A stretch of 64,000 nt of DNA, taken from positions 608,001 to 672,000 of the forward strand of contig OZ250172.1 in assembly GCA_965237905.1 (NCBI GenBank). Direction: 5' to 3'. The DNA is from Nitrospinaceae bacterium. Its GTDB lineage: Bacteria > Nitrospinota > Nitrospinia > Nitrospinales > Nitrospinaceae. The position numbers and the translations under genes are program-made. The notes below the pieces were generated by a model. The model did no database searches and was not told the origin of the DNA. It saw only the letters and a program-made list of their open reading frames with translations. Position 1 is the stretch's first letter. Each line of letters starts with the position of its first letter. This document shows, one piece after another, positions 20,409 to 30,256 of the stretch.

Positions 20409-22286
20409 TTATGTCCCGCTACCCGGCGTTTTCCGGGTTTCTTCTTCGGAAGGAATCTGGGGGTAGTATTTATTGTAAGCTTGAATGATCTGGCGGACGA
20501 TAGGAGCCGCCGCAGAGCCACCATGCCCGCCATGTTCCACAATGACCGCCACCGCGATTTCAGGATTCTCAAATGGCGCATACCCGACGAACCAGGCATG
20601 ATCGCGATGTTGGTAAGGAATCTCGTCCTCCTTACTCTTAGGGCCCTTCTTCAGGCGTACCACCTGGGCGGTGCCGGTTTTCCCGGCCACCTTTATTTGT
20701 TTCAAACGGGCTCGCCAGCCTGTTCCCCGCTTTTCATTGACCACTCCAAAAAGACCCTTTTGTATTATGGAAAAGGTATCGGGACGACTCTCCAGCCTTT
20801 TCTCGATGCTGGGAAAAACCTCTTTGATCACCCGGCCGTCCTTATCCTTGATCTGCCGCACCAGGTACGGTTTCAGCACCATTCCGCCGTTGGCTACAGT
20901 CGCTAACAATCGTGCCTGCTGAATGGGAGTCACCAAATTGAATCCCTGCCCGATGGATGCGGAAATAGTCTCTCCGGCCAACCATTCTTCCCCTCGGGCT
21001 TTTAACTTCCACTCCTTGGTCGGGACCAAACCCGGTTTTTCGCCGATCAAGTTGACTCGGGTCAGGCTTCCCATTCCCAGCATTTTAGCGTAACGAGCCA
21101 ACGTATCGATTCCCAACCTGTGGCCGACGGTATAAAAGTAAACATCGCAGGACTGGACCAGGGCGTCATGCAGATCAACCTCTCCATGTCCTCCTCGCCT
21201 CCAACAGCGATACGCTCTCCGGCCCAGCCGATAGTATCCGGGGCAGAACACCGTGTCTTCCGGATTCACTGCTTGTTCCTCCAAAGCCGCATAAGCGGCG
21301 ACAATTTTGTAGACGGATCCGGGTGGATACTGGCCGTCGATTGCCTTGTTCTGTAGTGGGTGTTGTGTATTAAAAATGAGCTTGCGCCATTCTGCAACTG
21401 AAATGCCTGCGGAAAACAGATTGGGATCGAACGAGGGTTTACTGGTCATGGCGAGGATTTCACCGGTCTGCACTTTTATTACGACGGCGGAACCGTTAAT
21501 CGGATTTTCTTCCGTTCCAGTCATCATTTCTTCAACCACCTGTTGAATTCTCAAATCCAGAGTCAACTGCAAATGATTTCCACTTTGAGGAGGACTCTTT
21601 CTCAAAACAGCCAGCTCCCGGCCCAAAACGTCAACCTCGACTTCCTTATATCCTTTGCTCCCTTGCATTTCCTGCTCGAACAAAAACTCGATCCCCTCTT
21701 TACCGACGATGTCCCCCATCCGGTATCCGGCTTCTCCCTTCATCAATTTGTCTTTGTTGATCTCTCCCAAATAGCCTAAAAGGTGAGCGGCAAGTTCCTT
21801 GTAATGATAATCCCTCAAAGGTTCGACTTTCAGATGAATCCCGCCCAACAACCGGTTGTTCTCTTCGACGAAGGCCACCTGATCCCTTTGGATATCCGCT
21901 TTGACAAGAACATCCAGAAACGGTTGAGATTGCCGTATATCGTTTTTTACCTTTTGGACGTCAAAATCAATTTTTTCCTTCAAGGTATTCAGCGTTTCAC
22001 CCAGGTCTTGAACATCCTCCGGAGTGATGTATAAATTGAAGGAAGGGCGAATGGAAGCCAGCGTCACTCCATTACGGTCTGTGATTTCGCCGCGGTAGGA
22101 GGGCAGAGAAATCAGGCGCACCCGATTGTTTTCCGACAACCCCATAAAGTCGGATCCCTTCAAGACCTGCAGATACCAAACCCGTAATAACAGGACCAGA
22201 AAACTGATAGCCACCAAAAGTACGAATATTTTTATTTTTTTTCGTACGTCATCAGAAAAATCACGGGTATAACGTTCGGTACTCAC
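20409..22286 (-). CDS. mrdA: Penicillin-binding protein 2
   Basis: PGSVYK, SCD and KTGTAQ motifs; follows mreBCD. Confidence 0.96.
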   Translation of the reverse strand: MSTERYTRDFSDDVRKKIKIFVLLVAISFLVLLLRVWYLQVLKGSDFMGLSENNRVRLISLPSYRGEITDRNGVTLASIRPSFNLYITPEDVQDLGETLNTLKEKIDFDVQKVKNDIRQSQPFLDVLVKADIQRDQVAFVEENNRLLGGIHLKVEPLRDYHYKELAAHLLGYLGEINKDKLMKGEAGYRMGDIVGKEGIEFLFEQEMQGSKGYKEVEVDVLGRELAVLRKSPPQSGNHLQLTLDLRIQQVVEEMMTGTEENPINGSAVVIKVQTGEILAMTSKPSFDPNLFSAGISVAEWRKLIFNTQHPLQNKAIDGQYPPGSVYKIVAAYAALEEQAVNPEDTVFCPGYYRLGRRAYRCWRRGGHGEVDLHDALVQSCDVYFYTVGHRLGIDTLARYAKMLGMGSLTRVNLIGEKPGLVPTKEWKLKARGEEWLAGETISASIGQGFNLVTPIQQARLLATVANGGMVLKPYLVRQIKDKDGRVIKEVFPSIEKRLESRPDTFSIIQKGLFGVVNEKRGTGWRARLKQIKVAGKTGTAQVVRLKKGPKSKEDEIPYQHRDHAWFVGYAPFENPEIAVAVIVEHGGHGGSAAAPIVRQIIQAYNKYYPQIPSEEETRKTPGSGT

Positions 22287-22798
22287 TGTCTGAAACCCTC
22301 CAGCGAGGGAAATTTACGGAGTACCCATTGTTTGCTCCAGTTTATAAAAAAGAACAAAATGGGCCCGACCAACGCATTGTACATGGCGTAAATGAGGAGC
22401 GTTTTGAATAGAAAACTAAACGGAATTGGGGCCTTGAGAAGTGTGGTCATAGTCAAATAATACACCAAACCATCGAAGAAAGAGGCGGCGAGCAAAATCA
22501 CGGAGATGGGAACAAACCCGACCACCATCAGTTTATCCTTCAGGGTGGAAAAGGTGAATCCAATAACGCTTTTGGATAGTGTATTGACTCCCAGCAGACT
22601 TCCGGAAAGACAATCCTGGACGAAACCGATAGCAAACCCCACCCAGATTCCCCGGTCCCCTTTAAGAAGGACACCGCAATAAACCGTCAGAATCAGAGCC
22701 AGATCCAGAGTCATTCCGCCCACGGAAAAATGACTCATCAGACTGGTCTGAAGAGAAAACAGGAGAATGAAGACTACTGTAAAAATACCAATAATCAT
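22283..22798 (-). CDS. mreD: Rod shape-determining protein MreD
   Basis: Hydrophobic; G..QD..SG motif; between mreC and mrdA. Confidence 0.9.
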   Translation of the reverse strand: MIIGIFTVVFILLFSLQTSLMSHFSVGGMTLDLALILTVYCGVLLKGDRGIWVGFAIGFVQDCLSGSLLGVNTLSKSVIGFTFSTLKDKLMVVGFVPISVILLAASFFDGLVYYLTMTTLLKAPIPFSFLFKTLLIYAMYNALVGPILFFFINWSKQWVLRKFPSLEGFRQ

Positions 22799-22812
22799 GT
22801 TCGCAACTCATC

Positions 22813-23628
22813 TCACGACAAAAGAACCAAAACTTCCTCCAAGCGCCCAAAATCCGCGCTGGGAGCGATGCTGATTTCCTGAAACAGTCCCTGGGTTGCT
22901 TTGGTTATACTGATAACGGTCCCCATCACCAATCCTTTGGGATAGACGCCTCCCAATCCGGAAGAAATAATTTGGTCGCCCACATTGACCTCGGCGGTGA
23001 TGGGCACGTATTTCATTTCACAAAACTCCATTCCCGTTCCGACGACGATTCCAGCAACGCGGTCATGACTGAACAGGGTATCCACGGAACTCCGACCATC
23101 CACGATGAGCATGACCTTGGAGGTATTCAGTCCGGCTTGGATCACATGGCCCACGACGCCTGCATTGGTGACCACTGCCAGATTTTCCTTGATCCCGTCC
23201 TGGGTGCCTTTGTTGATGAAGACGACCCGAGCCCACTGGGTGGCGTCTCGTCCTATCACTTTGGCGACGACAGATTCCAGTTGTCGCTCTTTCTGATACT
23301 CCATCAAATCGCCGACGCGGTCTCTCTGACGGAGATCTTCACTCAGCTCGTTATTCTGCCGGATCAGCTTGTCGATTTCCTGTTTGAGTTTTTCGTTTTC
23401 TTCGGAGACTTCCGCCACAAATAGATAATGGTCCACAACATCGTTGACGGAATCCAAGGTATACGTGACAAGGTTTTGAACAGGGGAAACCACCCACATC
23501 AGTACGGTCTCAACAATGTTGGGAGATTGCGACCGCTTGATGTCAAAAGTCATCAAGGCGAACGAAGCCAAAACCAGTGACACAATAATTATTATATTTT
23601 TACGACCACTGAGTCTCTTTCGCCACAC
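22813..23628 (-). CDS. mreC: Rod shape-determining protein MreC
   Basis: TM, coiled coil, SSGLGGVYPKG motif. Confidence 0.95.
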   Translation of the reverse strand: MWRKRLSGRKNIIIIVSLVLASFALMTFDIKRSQSPNIVETVLMWVVSPVQNLVTYTLDSVNDVVDHYLFVAEVSEENEKLKQEIDKLIRQNNELSEDLRQRDRVGDLMEYQKERQLESVVAKVIGRDATQWARVVFINKGTQDGIKENLAVVTNAGVVGHVIQAGLNTSKVMLIVDGRSSVDTLFSHDRVAGIVVGTGMEFCEMKYVPITAEVNVGDQIISSGLGGVYPKGLVMGTVISITKATQGLFQEISIAPSADFGRLEEVLVLLS

Positions 23629-23629
23629 T

Positions 23630-24652
23630 TTAAAACGTTACTTTTTTAAGGAGTTTAGGATCTGACAGTAGTTTCCCCGCGCCCAGCACCACAGCAGAAA
23701 GGGGATCTTCCGCCAGGGTAATGGGAAGTCCGGTTGATTCCCGTAACAAAATGTCCAGACCTTTGATGAGAGAACCACCCCCGGCGACCACCACGCCTTT
23801 ATCCACAATATCCGACGCCAGCTCCGGAGGCGTTCGCTCCAAGGTGATTTTGACGGATTCAACAATCGTGCTGAATGTTTCCTGCAGGGCTTCTCGAATT
23901 TCTTCATCGGAAATGACGAGGGTTTTGGGAATACCCGCCACCAGATCCCGCCCTTTGATTTCCATGGTGATTCGCTGTTCCAGGGGATAAGCCGAACCTA
24001 TTTTGATTTTGACTTCCTCTGCAGTCCGCTCGCCGATTAAGAGATTGTATTTACGTTTCACGTAATTGACGATGGCCTCGTCCATTTCATCACCGGCGAC
24101 GCGCACCGATTTGCTGTAGACGATCCCGGACATGCAGATAATGGCGACCTCGGTGGTCCCCCCGCCGATATCGACGATCATATTTCCGGAGGCTTCCTGG
24201 ATCGGTAAATCCACGCCAAGGGCGGCGGCCATCGGTTCTTCAACCAGATACACTTCCCGGGCACCCGCTGACTCCGCAGAATCGCGCACGGCCCGTTTCT
24301 CCACCTGCGTGATGCCGGAAGGCGCGGCAATCACCACCCGCGGCCGGACCAGCGATTTGCGGTTGTTGTGGGCTTTCTGGATAAAACTGCTGATCATTTG
24401 TTGCGTGACTTCAAAATGCGCAATGACCCCGTCTTTCATCGGGCGGATGGCTTCAATACTGCCGGGAGCCCGACCCAGCATCTGCTTGGCTTCCGCCCCG
24501 ACCGCCTGCACTTCTTTGGTCTGGGTATTGATGGCCACTACAGAAGGTTCGCGCAGGCAGATTCCTTTATTTTTTACAAACACCAAGGTATTGGCGGTAC
24601 CAAGGTCAATGGCCAAATCGTCCGAAAACAAATCCCAAAAGAAGTTCAACAC
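23630..24652 (-). CDS. mreB: Rod shape-determining protein MreB
   Basis: IDLGTANT, RPMKDGVI and DIGGGTT motifs. Confidence 0.98.
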   Translation of the reverse strand: MLNFFWDLFSDDLAIDLGTANTLVFVKNKGICLREPSVVAINTQTKEVQAVGAEAKQMLGRAPGSIEAIRPMKDGVIAHFEVTQQMISSFIQKAHNNRKSLVRPRVVIAAPSGITQVEKRAVRDSAESAGAREVYLVEEPMAAALGVDLPIQEASGNMIVDIGGGTTEVAIICMSGIVYSKSVRVAGDEMDEAIVNYVKRKYNLLIGERTAEEVKIKIGSAYPLEQRITMEIKGRDLVAGIPKTLVISDEEIREALQETFSTIVESVKITLERTPPELASDIVDKGVVVAGGGSLIKGLDILLRESTGLPITLAEDPLSAVVLGAGKLLSDPKLLKKVTF

Positions 24653-24895
24653 AACTATTATCCTGTTGAGGTTGGTAAAGGTTTATTAACTAATTGATTT
24701 TTCTACTAATAACCTTATATCAGGGGAGTTGGAGATTTGCAAGACCCGGTGGCCCCGGGACCTCAAAAGAGGAGGTTCGGGATTGTTTTCAATGCAATAA
24801 GACTGGAATAAACAGGTTGCGAATCAATCCTTGGTGGACTAACATACCCAGTTTAAATTTTAACATCTTTTTGCAGGCCTTGGGAGTGTAAATCC

Positions 24896-26839
24896 ATGCT
24901 CAAATTCATTCGAGAGCAGTCCGATACCTGGATGATCAAAACCATCCTTTGGGGCATCGTTTTCGCCTTTGTCGCCACTATTTTCTATTCCTGGGGGGCA
25001 GGCGGCCAGATCGGGGGAGCCAATAAAACCGTTGCCACCGTTAACGGGCTGGAAATCAAAGTCAATGAGTTTGAACGCGCCTACGGCAATATCGTCAATT
25101 TTTACCGCAACCAATTTCGCGGCCAGTTTTCAGAACAAATGGCGGCACAACTCAAACTCAAGGAAAATGCCTTGGATGCCCTGATCCAGAACAGGCTCGT
25201 GCTCCTGGAAGCGGAAAAAATGAACCTGAGGGTCAGCGATCAGGAGCTGGCGGAAGGCATTTCCAAACGACCTGAATTTCAAAAAGACAGTAAATTCAGC
25301 AGTAGTCTCTATAAAAATTATCTCCGTTTCAGTCGCATCAGCGCCAAAGATTTTGAGGAAAACCAACGGAAAAGCCTTCTCCGCGAAAAACTCGAAGGGG
25401 TCATTAAAGCTTCGACGCAAGTATCGGAAAGCGAAATACAGGACGCCTATAAAAAGGAAAGCGAAAAAATAAAATTCAAATATATTGGCTTTTCGAAGGA
25501 TTACTTCAAGCCCGCCGGTCGTCCTTCGGACGAGGAAATCCAAAAGTACTTTGAATCACACAAGAGCCAATTTGAAGTATCGGAACAAATTCAGGTCCAA
25601 TACGTCAAACTGACTCCAAAAATGGTCGAAGATTCTATCGAAATTTACGAAGAAGATATCAAGGACTATTACGATACCAACCAGGCCAAGTTTCTCATCA
25701 AGAAACAATACAAAGCGAGTCATATCCTGATTAAAAATGATACTCCGCTTCCATTCGGGGAGGATTTGTCAGATGAAGAGAAGGAAAAGTTGTTAAACGA
25801 GGCCGACGAGAAAACCAAGATCAAAGCCGATGAAATCCTGAAACAAATCAAGGAAGGCGCCGATTTTGGAGAAATGGCGAAAAAACATTCCGCAGACACG
25901 GCGTCTGGTAGCAACGGCGGCAGTCTGGGGCAGTTCTCCCAGGGATTGATGATTCCTGAATTTGAAGCGGCGCTCGACCTGCTAAAACCCGGAGAGCTGG
26001 GCGGTCCCGTCAAAACCATGTTCGGCTTTCATATCATCCAGCTGGAGGAGGTGAAGGAGAAACACTGGAAACCCCTGACGGAAGTGCAGGAGGAAATCAA
26101 AAAAATACTTAAAGAAGATAAGGCGCGAAAACGCATCCGAAGAATCGCCAAAAAAATTCGAAAAGCCGCCGGAGCCGACAATAACCTGATCCGAGCCGCC
26201 CTGGAATACAAAGCCGAAACCAAAACCACCGAATTCATATCAAGAAAAGTTCACAATGTTCCCGAAATTGGGAATGTCCCCGAGTTTTTCAATACGGCAT
26301 TTTCACTGGCGGGTGAGCAATTGAGCGAACCGGTCAACACTCCGGAAGCTTCGTATTTGCTCAAAATAATAACAAGAAAAGATCCTTATATTCCGGAGCT
26401 GAATGAAGTATTGAGCGAAGTGACCCAGGGAGTTGTCGAGGAGAAAAATATATCCGCCACGGAAAGTCAATTCAAGGCCCTTGGGGAACGGTTGAAAACT
26501 GAAAAGAACCTGGAACAACTGGCTAAGAAACTCAACATGGCCGTGGAGGAAACCCCGTTCATCAATCAATCGGATTCTATTCCCGGCATCGGCAACATCC
26601 AGTCCATCAAAGACGCTGTGTTCCCTCTCAACCCAGGAGAAACTGCCACTGGAGCCAGCCGGGGAGTCTACTACTTGATCCAAATGGTGGAGCGTGACGC
26701 GGCGGCCCAGCCCGATCCGGAAAAATTAAAAAAGATCTATACCCGCCTCAAAAATGAAAAAGCCCAGGTGATTTTCCAGGAGTGGATGGAAAATGTCAAA
26801 GAGAATGCCGACATCCTGATCGACCAGACACTCCTGTAA
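24896..26839 (+). CDS. ppiD: PpiD-like periplasmic folding chaperone (SurA-N + parvulin)
   Basis: N-terminal TM, ASHILI, GG.LG.F and FGFHII parvulin motifs. Confidence 0.88.
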   Translation: MLKFIREQSDTWMIKTILWGIVFAFVATIFYSWGAGGQIGGANKTVATVNGLEIKVNEFERAYGNIVNFYRNQFRGQFSEQMAAQLKLKENALDALIQNRLVLLEAEKMNLRVSDQELAEGISKRPEFQKDSKFSSSLYKNYLRFSRISAKDFEENQRKSLLREKLEGVIKASTQVSESEIQDAYKKESEKIKFKYIGFSKDYFKPAGRPSDEEIQKYFESHKSQFEVSEQIQVQYVKLTPKMVEDSIEIYEEDIKDYYDTNQAKFLIKKQYKASHILIKNDTPLPFGEDLSDEEKEKLLNEADEKTKIKADEILKQIKEGADFGEMAKKHSADTASGSNGGSLGQFSQGLMIPEFEAALDLLKPGELGGPVKTMFGFHIIQLEEVKEKHWKPLTEVQEEIKKILKEDKARKRIRRIAKKIRKAAGADNNLIRAALEYKAETKTTEFISRKVHNVPEIGNVPEFFNTAFSLAGEQLSEPVNTPEASYLLKIITRKDPYIPELNEVLSEVTQGVVEEKNISATESQFKALGERLKTEKNLEQLAKKLNMAVEETPFINQSDSIPGIGNIQSIKDAVFPLNPGETATGASRGVYYLIQMVERDAAAQPDPEKLKKIYTRLKNEKAQVIFQEWMENVKENADILIDQTLL

Positions 26840-26905
26840 ATACCGGATGACAGCATAGGAATCAGAGCCAGAATCGCCCCACGCTTGCATTATAGCAGGA
26901 GTTTT

Positions 26906-26926
26906 TGGGTCCAGCGTCACGCTGGC
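26906..26926 (+). repeat. REP-like palindrome, copy 4
   Basis: TGGGTCCAGCGTCACGCTGGC between convergent genes. Confidence 0.8.
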
Positions 26927-26929
26927 TGG

Positions 26930-28324
26930 CTACCGCACCCGCCATGTATCCTTTTCACGCCCGGTATGGTTGGCTTCGGCCAACCGGTGTATCTTGAGGA
27001 TTTTTTCCACCAGTTCTCCGATGTCCCGCGCCAGCACACGGATCATCTCCTCCTTGCCCTGCCCTCCCAGATCGTAAATGATATCGGGCACGAACCCGCA
27101 TTGCTTGATCGCTGTGTGCGTTCCCCACTCTAAAGAAGAGCCTTCCTTTTGCTTGACACTTTTGGGTTCTTTGGCGCGATCGAACGATGCAATCTTGAAT
27201 TTCAGTTTCTTGCAGGCTTTCAGGATGAGATCACTGAACTTGATATTCATTACTGCCCGCATTTCAGGGTCAAAGTGCATGGCCGTCAATACGATTTTAG
27301 CAACATGTTGCGAGGCTCCGAATTGCGGTGCGGCCACGGTAAAAATGTTGTTCCCGTTTTTGACGATCCGTCCCGGAATAGCTGCCACATCCTCCGCCCC
27401 CAGAGCGCCGGGAAGACCGACCCCGATATTCGACTGCACTTCCGGAATCAGTAAGCCGATCCGGTTTCCCTTCAACACATCGACAGCAGCGGACAGGCCC
27501 TGAATCACTTGGAATCGTTTTTGTGTTTTGAACAGAGACGCCATCGGGTTTACGCTTCCCGAGCCGTCTCCCCTTCCAACACCGTTGGCGATGCCCGCCA
27601 TTACCAGCCCTTTGGCCTTTTGAATCGCCGAGGACACATCCAATCCCAGGGCCAATCCCGATACGATAGCAGCAGAAAGCACGCATCCGGTTCCGTGCCA
27701 ATCTTTTTTGCCAATCCGATCGCCTTCAAAAGTAAAATGCCGTTTGCCGTCAAAGAAAAAATCGTCCGCATCGTTTTTGGAATGCCCGCCTTTGATCAAT
27801 ACGTTGCGGGCTCCGAGTTTACAAATCGCCTTGGCGGCTTTCAGCCGGTCCTGCGGGCGGGTAATGCGAATGCCCGATAAAATCTCCGCTTCGGGAATAT
27901 TCGGCGTCACCAGTAACGCCAACGGCAGGAGTTTCTCTTTGAGCGCTTCCACTCCCTTTTTGGAGAGCAGAGTTTTTCCGCTGGAGGACTTGATCACCGG
28001 GTCCACCACCAGATTTTTGACCCGCATCTTCTTTAACAGGCGGGCGACGCATTCCACCAGCGCCTCGTTACCCAGCATGCCGGTTTTGACGGCGGCGGGT
28101 TTGGCATCTTCCAGCACGGCTTTCAGTTGCGCCTCCACTTCTTCGAGTGACAGATCGAAGGTGGCCTGCACGCCTTTTGAATTCTGGGCGGTGATGGAGG
28201 TGATGACCGATGTCGCAAACAACTCATGGGCGGAAATGGTTTTGATGTCCGCCTGAATACCGGCCCCGCCGCTGGAGTCGGAACCGGCAATCGTCAATAC
28301 TGATGAAACCTGTTTCATAGTCAC
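26930..28324 (-). CDS. thiD: HMP/HMP-P kinase fused to a ThiN-type thiamine-phosphate synthase domain (ThiDN)
   Basis: IAGSDSSGGAGIQAD and HGTGC; C-terminal LIPEVQSN, PGRIV, FGAS.HVA, EGSS.EWG and DLGG.GKE ThiN motifs. Confidence 0.92.
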   Translation of the reverse strand: MTMKQVSSVLTIAGSDSSGGAGIQADIKTISAHELFATSVITSITAQNSKGVQATFDLSLEEVEAQLKAVLEDAKPAAVKTGMLGNEALVECVARLLKKMRVKNLVVDPVIKSSSGKTLLSKKGVEALKEKLLPLALLVTPNIPEAEILSGIRITRPQDRLKAAKAICKLGARNVLIKGGHSKNDADDFFFDGKRHFTFEGDRIGKKDWHGTGCVLSAAIVSGLALGLDVSSAIQKAKGLVMAGIANGVGRGDGSGSVNPMASLFKTQKRFQVIQGLSAAVDVLKGNRIGLLIPEVQSNIGVGLPGALGAEDVAAIPGRIVKNGNNIFTVAAPQFGASQHVAKIVLTAMHFDPEMRAVMNIKFSDLILKACKKLKFKIASFDRAKEPKSVKQKEGSSLEWGTHTAIKQCGFVPDIIYDLGGQGKEEMIRVLARDIGELVEKILKIHRLAEANHTGREKDTWRVR

Positions 28325-28423
28325 ACAATCCTTTAATCAAAATTCAGCAGGCTTTCCAAAGACCGACCGTTGAACTGAAGGGTTTATTTAAATCAAACGT
28401 TGGGGAGTGGTCCGGGCAACAGC

Positions 28424-30244
28424 CTAACCCACAGTGACCGATTTGGCAAGAGAGCGAGGTTTGTCGACGTTCCTTTTCAGAGAGGTGGCCGTGAAATATG
28501 CGAACAGCTGGGCGATGACCATCTGAATCAGGGGTGCGATGACAGGCGGAACCGGCGGCAGAATCAATTCCTCGTTGAACAGTTTCTGGTTTCGGTTGCG
28601 TTCGTCGAAGTGGATTCCCAAAACGAACCCGTCACGGGCGCGGATTTCCGACACACTGGCCAGGGTAGCCTCGTACAGTTCTTTTTCGGAATTGGGAGGG
28701 ATGAACACAATTGAATTAATGTCCGAATCGATCATGGCCAGGGTGCCGTGCTTCAAAAATCCGCAGGGCATCCCTTCGGCATGGACATAAGCGACTTCCT
28801 TCATTTTCAGGGCGGATTCCAGGGCGATAGGATAATACATGCCGCGGCCCAGATACAGCCAGTTTTTGACATTCCGGTGGCTGTGGGCGATCCGGTGAAT
28901 AAAACCTGAACGTTCGTTCAAAATGCTCTCGATAATGCCCGGCAGGGACTTGAGTGACTCCATGTATTTGTCATACGCTTTTTGAGTCATATTTTTATTT
29001 TTGACTCCCAACTTCAAAGCGGTGCGGGTAAACAGAATCATCTGCGCCAAAGCCGCCTTGGTGCTGATCACACAGATTTCCGGTCCCGATCCCTGCAGAA
29101 CCGGGCAATCAACCATTCGGGAGAGGGTCGACCCCATCACATTCACAATAGCGCCGGTTTTTGCGCCGCGAGACTTGGCATGCTTGAGAGCGGATATCGT
29201 GTCATAGGTCTCCCCGGACTGGGAAGCGGCCAGCACAAAACTGTCTTTGTCCGCTGGCGACAGGGATACAAATTCATCCGAACTGATGGCGGGGATGTAT
29301 CTTCCCGCCAGCGAGGAAAATATGTAGTCGGCATACATCGTCACATAATAAGTCGTCCCGACACCGACCAACTGGGTGTTTTTGCTTTTATGGATCATGC
29401 TCACGAGGCGGTCGATGGTTGCCTCTTCCACCTCCATCGCATTCAAAACGGTCTGCGGCTGTTCGTAAATCTCCTTGAGCATATAATGCGGATACCCGCC
29501 TTTTTTGGACGTTTCGCTATCCCATTCGATCCGCGTGATGGGCTTGTCCACTTCTTCTTTCGTGACAAAGTTTTTGACAGTGTAGCCGTCCTTGGAGACG
29601 ATGGCGTATTCGTCGTCATCGATGATCACTGCATTTTTGGTGTGGTCGATGAACGCGTTGAAATCCGATCCAATGAACTTCACTTCGTCGCCGATACCCA
29701 ACAATAAAGGCGATTCCCTTTTGGCGCAATAAAGCTGATCGGGTTCATAATTACTGATAAAAGCCATCGCGAAGGTACCCTCCAATTGCTCGATGGCTTG
29801 CAACAGGCTGGCCTCGACATTCCCCGTTTTTTTATAGGCATTTTCCAACAAGTGAGGGATGACTTCTGTATCGGTGTCCGACAGGAACCGGTGCCCTTCT
29901 TTTCGGAGACGGTCTTTCAGTTCCAGATGATTGGAGATAATACCATTGTGAATGACGGCGAAATTATTATCGCAGGATAAAAAGGGGTGCGTGTTGTTGC
30001 GGGTGACCTGTCCGTGTGTGGCCCAGCGGGTATGAGCGATACCCAGGTGAGAGGAATGCCTCAGAATATTTTCTTTCTGATAAACATCGTTCACGCCTCC
30101 CACATTTTTTTTGACGATGATGCTCTTCCGGTTCATCAAAGCCACGCCACAGGAATCGTAGCCCCGGTATTCCAGGTTACGAATGCCGTCGAACAAAACG
30201 TTCGATATATCTTTCAGGCCGACGGCCCCGGTAATCCCACACAT
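28424..30244 (-). CDS. glmS: Glutamine--fructose-6-phosphate aminotransferase
   Basis: MCGI, EYRGYDS, HTRWATHG and SQSGET motifs. Confidence 0.97.
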   Translation of the reverse strand: MCGITGAVGLKDISNVLFDGIRNLEYRGYDSCGVALMNRKSIIVKKNVGGVNDVYQKENILRHSSHLGIAHTRWATHGQVTRNNTHPFLSCDNNFAVIHNGIISNHLELKDRLRKEGHRFLSDTDTEVIPHLLENAYKKTGNVEASLLQAIEQLEGTFAMAFISNYEPDQLYCAKRESPLLLGIGDEVKFIGSDFNAFIDHTKNAVIIDDDEYAIVSKDGYTVKNFVTKEEVDKPITRIEWDSETSKKGGYPHYMLKEIYEQPQTVLNAMEVEEATIDRLVSMIHKSKNTQLVGVGTTYYVTMYADYIFSSLAGRYIPAISSDEFVSLSPADKDSFVLAASQSGETYDTISALKHAKSRGAKTGAIVNVMGSTLSRMVDCPVLQGSGPEICVISTKAALAQMILFTRTALKLGVKNKNMTQKAYDKYMESLKSLPGIIESILNERSGFIHRIAHSHRNVKNWLYLGRGMYYPIALESALKMKEVAYVHAEGMPCGFLKHGTLAMIDSDINSIVFIPPNSEKELYEATLASVSEIRARDGFVLGIHFDERNRNQKLFNEELILPPVPPVIAPLIQMVIAQLFAYFTATSLKRNVDKPRSLAKSVTVG

Positions 30245-30256
30245 AAAGTTGACTTC

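Noticed and set aside
28325..28423. Possible TPP riboswitch before thiD
   Set aside because: No TGAGA or ACCTGA core motifs.
30245..30256. glmS ribozyme
   Set aside because: Only 12 nt separate glmS from the upstream gene.
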